Assembly (NCBI GenBank): GCA_964510585.1
Contig: CAZECW010000060.1
Span: forward strand, 1 to 32,000
Source of the DNA: an uncultured archaeon
GTDB lineage: Archaea > Asgardarchaeota > Jordiarchaeia > Jordiarchaeales > Jordiarchaeaceae
Direction of reading: 5' to 3'
DNA length: 32,000 bases
Positions 7,929 through 16,083 of this stretch are shown here, in pieces. The position numbers were made by a program, and so were the translations under genes. Position 1 is the first letter of the stretch. Every line of letters begins with the position of its first letter. The notes beneath the pieces are model-generated. The model saw nothing but the letters and a program-made list of their open reading frames with translations. It had not been told where the DNA came from and did not search any database.

Positions 7929-8687
7929 ATGTTCACATGTTTTTTAGTTGGAACCGCAGGAAGTGGTAAATCCACTCTTACCCAAGCATACGCTAATTGG
8001 TTGACTCGAAACCAGTTCAACGTGGCCCTGGTAAATTTGGATCCCGGTGTGCGCCGTTTACCATATGCGCCCGACGTAGACATTAGGGACTATGTAAGTT
8101 TAGAGGAAGTTATGGACAAATATGATCTTGGCCCAAATGGGGGGTTAATTGCCAGTATCGATATGATGGCGAACTACATTAGTGAGTTTAAGGAGGAAAT
8201 TGAGGAATTAAAGCCGACGTATGTTTTGGCAGACACCCCAGGTCAACTTGAACTCTTCGCGTTCCGCAGTACTGGCCCCCTGGTTACCACGGCAATCAGT
8301 GGTGAGAGTAGCTGTTTGGTATTCCTAATGGATCCCTTACTAAGTCGCTCTCCTACAGGTTTTGTGAGTATGATACTCCTGAGTGCGTCAGTGGAGTACC
8401 GCTTCAATTTACCCCAAATTAATGTTCTATCCAAAGCAGACACTCTAACTGAAGATGAAATAGAAAGAATAGTAGAGTGGGTGGAAGACCCGCAAACTCT
8501 GCTAAATGCCATAGATCAGGAAGCGACTGGTATGCGTAGAGAGATAAGCATAAATCTTGGAGAAATTTTCGCTAATGCGGGCTTTCTGAGGGAGATAATA
8601 CCACTCTCATCATTGACCTTCCAAGGATTAGATAACCTATACGCTGTAGTTGAGAGAATCTACACCGACCGTGAGGGATTCATATAA
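7929..8687 (+). CDS. GPN-loop GTPase
   Basis: GTAGSGKST, NLDPG, GPNGGL, DTPGQLE, SKAD. Conserved region begins at ATG 7929; the track's upstream GTG extension is not conserved-looking. Confidence 0.93.
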   Translation: MFTCFLVGTAGSGKSTLTQAYANWLTRNQFNVALVNLDPGVRRLPYAPDVDIRDYVSLEEVMDKYDLGPNGGLIASIDMMANYISEFKEEIEELKPTYVLADTPGQLELFAFRSTGPLVTTAISGESSCLVFLMDPLLSRSPTGFVSMILLSASVEYRFNLPQINVLSKADTLTEDEIERIVEWVEDPQTLLNAIDQEATGMRREISINLGEIFANAGFLREIIPLSSLTFQGLDNLYAVVERIYTDREGFI

Positions 8688-8910
8688 AACAATTGCAAAC
8701 TCCCGAAAAAGTACTTGGCAAAATTTTAATATACCTCAAATGAATTGAGAAGCTAAAACAAAACCATCAAAAAATTGGATGCGTATCCAAAGTTTTTATA
8801 TTTCATTCGAGTCTCTGTTTACCCAAAAAGATAATAAAGATAATAATAAGAAATTCATTTTGATATATAATTTGAGCATGTATGTATTATTATGGCGTGA
8901 GGTGTAAGAA

Positions 8911-9615
8911 ATGTCCAATAATGTGGATCAAATCATCCAGAAGGCTCTAAGCGAAAATCGAACACTTTTACTAGAACCTGAGGCCAAAGAGGTAGTAAAG
9001 GCATACGGCATACCAGTAACTAGATATAAAGTGGCAAAAAGCCTTGAGGAAGCCGTCAAATACGCGGAGGAAATTAAATACCCTGTAGTTATGAAAATCG
9101 TATCAAGGGACGTGGTGCACAAAAGCGATGCAGGTGGTGTAAAAGTCAACCTCAAAAACGCTGAAGAGGTGAAAAAAGCCTATAGAGAAATAGAAGAAAA
9201 TGTCAAAAAAGCGGTGGGCAATTATAGATTCGAAGGTATGATCATCCAGGAATTCGCCCCCGAAGGAAGAGAAGTCATCGTAGGAATGACCAAAGATCCA
9301 CAATTCGGGCCCGCCCTCATGTTTGGGCTTGGAGGTATCTTCGTCGAAGTTTTGAAAGATGTCAGCTTTAGGGTAGCCCCAATTACGAGGTATGACGCAG
9401 AAGAAATGATACGTGAAATTAAGGGATTTCCTATTCTGCAGGGTGTTAGAGGCCAGAAGCCAGTAGATATGGAAGCAATTATTAATATACTATTGAATGT
9501 TTCCAAGCTAGTTATGGAACATCCAGAGATTGAGGAACTGGATCTCAACCCTATAATTGCTTATCCTGATGGCGTTAAAACCGTTGATGCCCGTATTATT
9601 CTCTCTAAACAGTAG
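8911..9615 (+). CDS. acdB: ADP-forming acetyl-CoA synthetase beta subunit (ATP-grasp)
   Basis: LLEPEAKEVVKAYGIP, HKSDAGGVKVNL, DPQFGPALMFGLGGIFVEVLKDV, ELDLNP. GAGGTG RBS. Confidence 0.92.
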   Translation: MSNNVDQIIQKALSENRTLLLEPEAKEVVKAYGIPVTRYKVAKSLEEAVKYAEEIKYPVVMKIVSRDVVHKSDAGGVKVNLKNAEEVKKAYREIEENVKKAVGNYRFEGMIIQEFAPEGREVIVGMTKDPQFGPALMFGLGGIFVEVLKDVSFRVAPITRYDAEEMIREIKGFPILQGVRGQKPVDMEAIINILLNVSKLVMEHPEIEELDLNPIIAYPDGVKTVDARIILSKQ

Positions 9616-9627
9616 GGGGGAATCAAG

Positions 9628-9849
9628 ATTAGCATAAAGGCTACCGAAATCCGTGGCAAGCAAGTTTACACACATATTGGAAAGTTTGTGGGAACAGTGA
9701 CGGACTTGGAATTGGACTTCGCGGTGGGTGGAGCCTCTGGACTGCAGGTTAAACTCAAAAAACCAGTGGAGAACAAAGACATAATCTTTATTCCCTTCTC
9801 ATGGATAAAGGCAATCGGGGATATCATTCTTATTAAGAAGCCAGATTAA
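9628..9849 (+). CDS. PRC-barrel protein (CdpB-like), absent from the ORF track; no canonical start codon before the conserved N-terminus
   Basis: Manual translation: (I)SIKATEIRGKQVYTHIGKFVGTVTDLELDFAVGGASGLQVKLKKPVENKDIIFIPFSWIKAIGDIILIKKPD*. GKxVYTxxGxxVGxVxD and IPxxWIxAIGDIILI are PRC-barrel hallmarks. First NTG is only at 9688. Confidence 0.85.
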   Translation: MSIKATEIRGKQVYTHIGKFVGTVTDLELDFAVGGASGLQVKLKKPVENKDIIFIPFSWIKAIGDIILIKKPD

Positions 9850-10044
9850 CCCAGAGATTATATCAAAACCACACTGTTAAACAGAACATGAAAAAATATT
9901 TGGTAAGGGTTAGCTGAGCATATGCAAGTTTGTGGGGCTCCACTCTAACTGCCTTATTGATGGTGAAAGTTTGAATGAGGGATGCCCGTCTGAGCAAAAT
10001 TATTTGTTAACTCAATAAGTTACTATTAAAATTCGGCTTAAATG

Positions 10045-10060
10045 CAAACTCTAGAGTTTG
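10045..10060. promoter_or_regulatory. Perfect 16-bp palindrome CAAACTCTAGAGTTTG, candidate operator upstream of the chaperonin gene
   Basis: Self-complementary sequence seen directly in the 9850-10245 intergenic region. Operator role is inferred. Confidence 0.5.
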
Positions 10061-10245
10061 TAAAGATTGGACAAAAACGAAATAACTGTAATATTTTGTA
10101 GTTTAATACCAAGAGTTTATCTTGAATCTATTTATATTTAAGTCATAAACTAGATTATTTCTCCCTGTTTGAAGGGATGCCTGTTTCTTGGTTTAAGTGA
10201 TAAAAGTTTAAATTTTGTTTTATAACTGGATTATTGGAATTAAAA

Positions 10246-11877
10246 ATGGTGTCCTTTTGGGAGAAGTGGCAAGCATTGAGTAAGGGTAAGGATAAGGTGC
10301 AGGAAAAGCTTGTTGAGTTGGCGGGAAGCTTGAAGGGTATTGATGCAATTAGGAACTGTGTTTATGCGGTGGCTGCAGTTGCAGACATTTTGAGAACTTC
10401 TCTTGGCCCTAATGGGATGCGGAAGCTCATCATTGATAGGTACGATAACTATGTGGTTTCTAATGATGGGGTGACGATTCTTAGGGATTTGGATATTCAG
10501 CATCCTATGGGTGAAATGCTAGTTAATATGGGTAAGACTCATGTTCGCACTCAGGGTGATGGAGGTAAGATTACTGTTATTCTAGCGGGGGAATTAGTTA
10601 AAAGGGGATTAAAGCTTGTTGAAGAGGGATTACATCCATCTGTTGTTATTTCAGGATACTATTGTGCTTGCGAAAGCTTGGTGAATATGATAGATGAGCT
10701 GAGTGTTGATGTGGACGGGGATAAGGCTCTGCTTAGATCCGTAGCTAGCACCTCTCTCTCCGGGAAGTTTTCGGAGAGAGCAACAAGGCGTCTATCAGAT
10801 ATTGCCGTAGAGGCGGTCACCACCATTGCGGAGGGGGGTAGGTTAATGGAGGTTAAGGATAGGGTTCAGTTTGTGAAGAGGGAGGGAGGAGGGATAAGCG
10901 ATACCGAGTTGATTCATGGTGTGATTATCTCTAAGGATATTCTGAGTCCTAAAATGCCCAGAAGGGTTGAAGAGGCTAAAATAGCCCTTTTAAGTGAGAA
11001 ACTCTACTTGGAGAAGCCGGCTGATAGAAGTGTGGAGCTTCAGATAAACTCTCCTGAGGATTTGGAGGGTTACCTTGAGGAAGAAAGGAGGTTTGGGGAA
11101 AGAAAGTTTTCTTATATTAAGAGAAGTGGAGCGAATGTTGTTGTTACAGAGAAGGGGATAAATAAGGTCATTGAGCAAAGTTTGGCTAAGAATAATATTT
11201 TGGGAATAAGGCGGGCGAAGCCTGAGGAATTTAAGCTTTTGAGTGAGGCATGTGGAGCTAAGATTTGCTCTCGGGTGGAGGATCTCCGCGAGGAAGATTT
11301 GGGTTATGCCGAGGTGGTGGAAGAGAGGAGAATAGGGCGGGAGAAATATGTTTTGTTTTCTGGTTGTAGAGGCCCGAAGGCAGTTGCGGTGCTAGTTAGG
11401 GGTGGTTCCTGGTTTGTTTGCGAGGAAGTTGAGAGGCTTTTGAGGAATGCTATGGTTGCGGTTTCTGTGGCTATGATGCACAAAAAGGTTGTGGGGGGTG
11501 GCGGCGCCATAGAAATAGAAATGGCGAAACGTGTTAGAAAAATTGCTTACTCGGTTGAGGGAAAAAGACAGTTGGCAATGCTCGAATTTGCTTCGGCTCT
11601 TGAAATGATTCCGCGTATTCTAGCCTCAAATGCAGGTATGGATGAGGTTAGCACATTGTTAGAATTACGTTCAAAGCATAGCGGTTCTCTTAACTGGTTG
11701 GGTATAGATTTTGAGAACAAAAAATTGAGAGACATGATGGAATACGGGGTCTTGGAGCCCAGTTATGCAAAGATTAGGTCGCTGAAGAGTGCTACAGAGT
11801 TCGCCTCATCTGTTTTGAGAGTTGATGGAATGTATATAAGTAAGATGGGACTAGAGAAGAGAGACCAGGCGAAGTGA
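10246..11877 (+). CDS. Group II chaperonin (thermosome/CCT family) paralogue with degenerate ATPase motifs
   Basis: LRTSLGPNGMRK, SNDGVTIL, IQHP, GGGAIE, IPRILASNAG, KSATEFA and a helical-protrusion region. GDGTTT appears as GDGGKI. Start ATG 10246 or TTG 10234. Confidence 0.92.
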   Translation: MVSFWEKWQALSKGKDKVQEKLVELAGSLKGIDAIRNCVYAVAAVADILRTSLGPNGMRKLIIDRYDNYVVSNDGVTILRDLDIQHPMGEMLVNMGKTHVRTQGDGGKITVILAGELVKRGLKLVEEGLHPSVVISGYYCACESLVNMIDELSVDVDGDKALLRSVASTSLSGKFSERATRRLSDIAVEAVTTIAEGGRLMEVKDRVQFVKREGGGISDTELIHGVIISKDILSPKMPRRVEEAKIALLSEKLYLEKPADRSVELQINSPEDLEGYLEEERRFGERKFSYIKRSGANVVVTEKGINKVIEQSLAKNNILGIRRAKPEEFKLLSEACGAKICSRVEDLREEDLGYAEVVEERRIGREKYVLFSGCRGPKAVAVLVRGGSWFVCEEVERLLRNAMVAVSVAMMHKKVVGGGGAIEIEMAKRVRKIAYSVEGKRQLAMLEFASALEMIPRILASNAGMDEVSTLLELRSKHSGSLNWLGIDFENKKLRDMMEYGVLEPSYAKIRSLKSATEFASSVLRVDGMYISKMGLEKRDQAK

Positions 11878-11932
11878 AGACCACTCTAAAGGGTTTAAGT
11901 TTAGATGACTGAAAAAAAGGGTTTTATTTGCA

Positions 11933-13360
11933 TTATTTGATAATTTTCCATATTGTGCCGTCTTTGGAGTCTTCTAGAAGAATCCCTGCTTCTTTTAGTT
12001 TATCACGTATATAATCCGCTTTCTCCCAATTTTTCTCTTTTCTAAACTTGTTTCTCAGATCGATTAAGATTTCCACCAACTTTGCCACGGTTTCTAGATC
12101 GGCCCCCACTTTTTCCTGCTGAAACAGCCCCAAAATTTCTCCAAATTCCTGGTATACCCGCAAGGCTTTTTCTAAAGCTTTCCTACTTAATTTGCTATCA
12201 GTCGGCAGAGAGTTTACGATTCGGCTTAGTTCAAATATGGCAGGCATTGCTTCCCTCGTGTTAAAATCGTCGTCCATAGCTTCCATAAATTTTTGTTTAG
12301 ATTTCTCCACATATTCTAGAAATTCACTCTCCTCGGAGGTAGATTCTTTTAATTCTCCCCGGCTTTGGTCGCTAATGAGAGTTTTTAGCTTGTTAATCGC
12401 GTTATAAATTTTTTGAAGGGATTGTTTCGCTTCCTCCAGATGCTGATCGCTGTAATCGATTTGGCTGCGGTAATGCGTATTCAATAGGAAGAACCTTAAT
12501 GTTTCGGGGTCGTATTTCTCCAAGACTTCCCTGATTGTGAAAAAGTTCCCCAGAGATTTAGACATCTTTTCCTGATTTATGGTAACGAAACCGTTGTGTA
12601 TCCAATACTTTACAAACGGCTTTCCGGTGCGCGACTCTGCTTGGGCAATTTCACACTCATGGTGAGGAAAGATTAAATCCATACCCCCACCGTGAATATC
12701 TATTTCTGGACCGAGATACTTAATCGCCATAGTGGAGCACTCAATATGCCACCCTGGCCTTCCTTTTCCCCAGGGACTTTCCCAGAAAATTTCACCTTTC
12801 TTAGCCTTTTTCCAGAGGGCGAAATCTCTTGGATCTCTCTTGTTTTCGTCCACCTCCACTCTCGCACCGGCTAAGATGCCATCCATGGATTGATGTGACA
12901 GTTTACCATAGTCCTTTGCTTTTGACACGCTGAAATAGACGTTTCCATCCGCTTCGTAGGCGTACCCCCTTTTTATAAGTTCATCAATGAACTCGATTAT
13001 TTCGGGGATGTGTTCTGTAACCTTTGGGTGTATATTAGCCCTTCTAACGTTTAGCCTGTCCATGTCTTCAAAGTAGGCTTGAGTGAACCTCCTAGATAGG
13101 AGGAGAGGATTTTCACCCAATTCGTTTGCTCTTTTTATAATCTTGTCGTCAACATCTGTAATATTTTGAACATAAATGACCGTGTATCCTTTATATTCCA
13201 GGTACCTCCTTATCACATCGAAGGCTACGTAGGAACGGGCGTGTCCAATATGACTGTAATCATAAACGGTTGGTCCACAAACATACATTCCTACCCTATT
13301 TCCATGAATTGGAACAAAATCTTCCTTTTCCCTGGTGAGTGTGTTATATACTTTAAGCAA
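11933..13360 (-). CDS. cysS: Cysteinyl-tRNA synthetase
   Basis: YVCGPTVYD, HIGH, NITDVDDKII, GRPGWHIEC, DIHGGGMDLIFPHHE, KMSKS. Confidence 0.97.
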   Translation of the reverse strand: MLKVYNTLTREKEDFVPIHGNRVGMYVCGPTVYDYSHIGHARSYVAFDVIRRYLEYKGYTVIYVQNITDVDDKIIKRANELGENPLLLSRRFTQAYFEDMDRLNVRRANIHPKVTEHIPEIIEFIDELIKRGYAYEADGNVYFSVSKAKDYGKLSHQSMDGILAGARVEVDENKRDPRDFALWKKAKKGEIFWESPWGKGRPGWHIECSTMAIKYLGPEIDIHGGGMDLIFPHHECEIAQAESRTGKPFVKYWIHNGFVTINQEKMSKSLGNFFTIREVLEKYDPETLRFFLLNTHYRSQIDYSDQHLEEAKQSLQKIYNAINKLKTLISDQSRGELKESTSEESEFLEYVEKSKQKFMEAMDDDFNTREAMPAIFELSRIVNSLPTDSKLSRKALEKALRVYQEFGEILGLFQQEKVGADLETVAKLVEILIDLRNKFRKEKNWEKADYIRDKLKEAGILLEDSKDGTIWKIIK

Positions 13361-13544
13361 GCCTTTACCCCTCTAAAACAATTTTTTGGGATATTTGAGC
13401 TTTTGTTTCGTGAAGGTTGCAGCCACAGTAAGAATGAGTTTAAAGACCGGCTGAGGAAACATTTTAAACTGTCCTTTTTATTTCTATTTCATAATTTCAG
13501 AAATAAACCTACTAAATAGTAAATTTTATAATTATTAATTGGCG

Positions 13545-14261
13545 CTAAATGCAATCTAACAGGAATTCGCTCAAATCCTTAGTTTTTATCCTGGAACCAT
13601 AGGAATTTGCGGCGTCATTTAGATTGCGGGTGCAAAATGGACAAGCGGTTATTATTAAGTCTACCCCTAACTGCTCTGCATCTCTGAGCCTCTCTCTTCC
13701 CAGTTTTATGGCTGTTTCTGGAAAGGCTGCCTTTACACCACCTCCAGCTCCACAACAACGGCTTCCTTCTCTGCTGCGTTTCATTTCCACGAGTTGCACA
13801 TTTTTTATGGATTTAATTATATTGCGTGGGGGGTCATAAATTCCTAGTCCCCGTCCCAGATGGCATGGGTCATGGTAGGTTACCTTTATGGGGTATTTGT
13901 GTGAAAGATTTAGATTATTTTTCTTAATTATCCCATCAAGATATTCGGTGAGGTGGAGGGTTTTAATTTGAAAATCTAAGTGCTCAGGGTACACTTTTCT
14001 AAAGGTTTTTGCACATCCAGCACACTCAGTTATTAGGGTTTCTATTCCTAAATATGTGAATTGTTTTTTGTTCTTCTCAGCAAGCTTGACTCCTTCGTCT
14101 ATTAGTCCAGTGTTGAAAAGAATTGAGCCGCAGCAGATTTCGTCACCGCCAATAATTTTGAAGTCAACTCCCAATTTCTTTAAAATTTTGACTGTGGAAC
14201 GAGCAATGTTCTGTAATCTGTAGGCAGCTGTGCATCCTGCGTAGTAAGCTAATCCAGTCAT
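13545..14261 (-). CDS. CCG (cysteine-rich) domain protein, C-terminal part of a GlcF/HdrD-like Fe-S oxidoreductase
   Basis: YYAGC, ICCG, TECAGC, YHDPCHLGR, RCCGAGGG, TACPFC. Confidence 0.88.
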   Translation of the reverse strand: MTGLAYYAGCTAAYRLQNIARSTVKILKKLGVDFKIIGGDEICCGSILFNTGLIDEGVKLAEKNKKQFTYLGIETLITECAGCAKTFRKVYPEHLDFQIKTLHLTEYLDGIIKKNNLNLSHKYPIKVTYHDPCHLGRGLGIYDPPRNIIKSIKNVQLVEMKRSREGSRCCGAGGGVKAAFPETAIKLGRERLRDAEQLGVDLIITACPFCTRNLNDAANSYGSRIKTKDLSEFLLDCI

Positions 14262-14665
14262 TTATCTTCATCTCTAAGCCAAGAACCTCTTTTTGCTTTA
14301 AGCTCCCCGTAAGGATTACCTTCCCTAATAATGTTCTCCAGTATTTTTCTGAGAGAATCGGGACTGTAACCCTCACCGGATAATATGCTTCTCATAGCTC
14401 TAACTATATCTGTTATGCGGATACCCGAGGGGCATAGAATGAAACAGTGGTCACAAGTGGTACAACTAAAAATTCTTTCCGCAATGTAATTGGATAATTC
14501 CAATTTTTTTTCTAAAAATCCACGGGCAATTTGAATTCTTCCCCTAGCAGCATTTGAAGCCCAACCATAATTTTCGTAGACTGGACACTTCGCAATGCAG
14601 AATCCACACCGCATACAACTGTAAATATCATCTATGTACTCGTATAGTTTCTTTTTGGGGGCCAC
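14258..14665 (-). CDS. 4Fe-4S dicluster protein, N-terminal part of a GlcF/HdrD-like oxidoreductase
   Basis: CMRCGFCIAKCP, ARGR, CTTCDHCFILCPSGI, GNPYG. GAGGTGA RBS. Abuts the glcD-like stop codon. Confidence 0.88.
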   Translation of the reverse strand: MAPKKKLYEYIDDIYSCMRCGFCIAKCPVYENYGWASNAARGRIQIARGFLEKKLELSNYIAERIFSCTTCDHCFILCPSGIRITDIVRAMRSILSGEGYSPDSLRKILENIIREGNPYGELKAKRGSWLRDEDK

Positions 14666-16075
14666 TTAAATCACCTCAGGTTCACCGGTGGAGCCCCAGG
14701 GCTTCCCCTTTCCAGGGTTTAGAATATTGTTGGGATCAAAAATTCGTTTTATTCCCTTCATTAGCGCCATCTCTACTGGGCCGTGCTCCTTTTCCACAAA
14801 GTCCTTCCTTATTAGACCCACGCCATGCTCCCCCGAAATACTTCCTCCCAAATCTAGGGCTACTTCGTTGTAAATGGCGCTTAGACCTTTGAAAAAGGCC
14901 TCTCTTTGCTCAGGGATTCTTTCATCATATAGGAAGGTAGGATGAAGATTCCCATCGCCTGCGTGTCCAAAGGTTGCAATCTGGATTATCTTACCGAATC
15001 TTTCGGGAATTTTCTGTATTCTTTTTAAAGCCTCAGGAATCTTTGATATGGGAACTGTCATATCTTCCATAGTTGTCGTTACAGCGCACCTAGCCAGTGC
15101 AGCATATGCGGATTTTCTTGCCACCCAAAGAGAAGCTCTCTCCTTTTCATCTTCTGCCATTTTCCAGTATTTGGGATTCATCTCCTCCACGGCCTTAAAG
15201 ATTATTTTCAGTTCCTTTTCAGCCGCGGATTCCACGCCATCAGTCTCTATAAGAAGCATTGCCTCACAGTCCATAATGTCCAAGCCGGCATATTCTGCAG
15301 AGGTTCTAACGGTGAGCCTATCCAAGAACTCCATGGCACATGGAACCACACCAGCTCCTCGAGCCTTTACTATAGCTTTACCAGCTTTGTCTAAATCGTC
15401 AAATAGGAACATAGCCGTCCTATAGGCCTCTGGTAATGGTTGAACCCTCATTCCAATCTTGGTGAAGACTGCCAATGTTCCTTCAGAGCCAGATAATAGT
15501 TTTGTTAGGTCATAGCCGGAAACTGATTTTAGAGTTTTCGACCCTGTGTGAATTACTTCGCCATTCGGAAGAACCGCCTCCAGCCACATTATCCAATCTT
15601 TGGTTTTACCGTACTTTATAGCTCTGTTGCCAGCGGAATTATTTGCTACCATTCCACCCAGAGTTGCGGCTGAGCTGCTTGCTGGGTCCGGCGGAAAGAA
15701 GTAACCATATTTTTGTAAGAACTCGTTTAAATCGTCACATATTACCCCAGGTTCTAGTACCACCTGTAAATTTTCCTGATCAAAACTTAGAATTCGGTTC
15801 ATGCGAGTAAGGTCAAGCACAATTCCGCCCTTAACTGGCAGCGGCGAGCCCGCAGCACTTGTACCTGAGCCCCTCGGATAAACAGGTACATGATTCAAGT
15901 TAGCTAATTTTAAAACTCTTGAAACCTCGTCAGTACTCAGTGGTCTAACTATGACCTCCGCAAAGTGTTGAAAAGGTGTAGAGTCACGAGAGTAGCAGTA
16001 GATTTCCGCTGGGTCAGTGTTAACATTGTCTGCGCCGACAATATCCACCAATTGGCGTACTATACTAGATGTCAT
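14666..16075 (-). CDS. glcD: FAD-linked 2-hydroxyacid oxidoreductase (GlcD / D-lactate dehydrogenase family)
   Basis: PRGSGTS, FPPDPAS, TLGGMVANNSAG, GSEGTL, GHAGDGNLH, SGEHGVG, FDPNNILNPGK. Substrate cannot be determined from sequence. Confidence 0.88.
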   Translation of the reverse strand: MTSSIVRQLVDIVGADNVNTDPAEIYCYSRDSTPFQHFAEVIVRPLSTDEVSRVLKLANLNHVPVYPRGSGTSAAGSPLPVKGGIVLDLTRMNRILSFDQENLQVVLEPGVICDDLNEFLQKYGYFFPPDPASSSAATLGGMVANNSAGNRAIKYGKTKDWIMWLEAVLPNGEVIHTGSKTLKSVSGYDLTKLLSGSEGTLAVFTKIGMRVQPLPEAYRTAMFLFDDLDKAGKAIVKARGAGVVPCAMEFLDRLTVRTSAEYAGLDIMDCEAMLLIETDGVESAAEKELKIIFKAVEEMNPKYWKMAEDEKERASLWVARKSAYAALARCAVTTTMEDMTVPISKIPEALKRIQKIPERFGKIIQIATFGHAGDGNLHPTFLYDERIPEQREAFFKGLSAIYNEVALDLGGSISGEHGVGLIRKDFVEKEHGPVEMALMKGIKRIFDPNNILNPGKGKPWGSTGEPEVI

Positions 16076-16083
16076 AAATTCAC

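Noticed and set aside
8775-8790. Near-palindrome TTGGAT-GCGT-ATCCAA upstream of acdB, and the 10-bp palindrome GTGGCGCCAC at 7856-7865
   Set aside because: Single short occurrences with no second copy in the window; cannot be distinguished from background.
8911-9849. In-frame TAG readthrough (e.g. pyrrolysine) fusing acdB to the PRC-barrel
   Set aside because: acdB ends at its normal C-terminus (DARIIL), TAG serves as an ordinary stop for other genes here (E1, srp19), no pyl genes are visible, and an RBS-like G-run precedes the PRC frame.
9955-9995. Possible box C/D sRNA (TGAATGA ... CTGA)
   Set aside because: No canonical RTGATGA C box and no properly spaced D'/C' pair.
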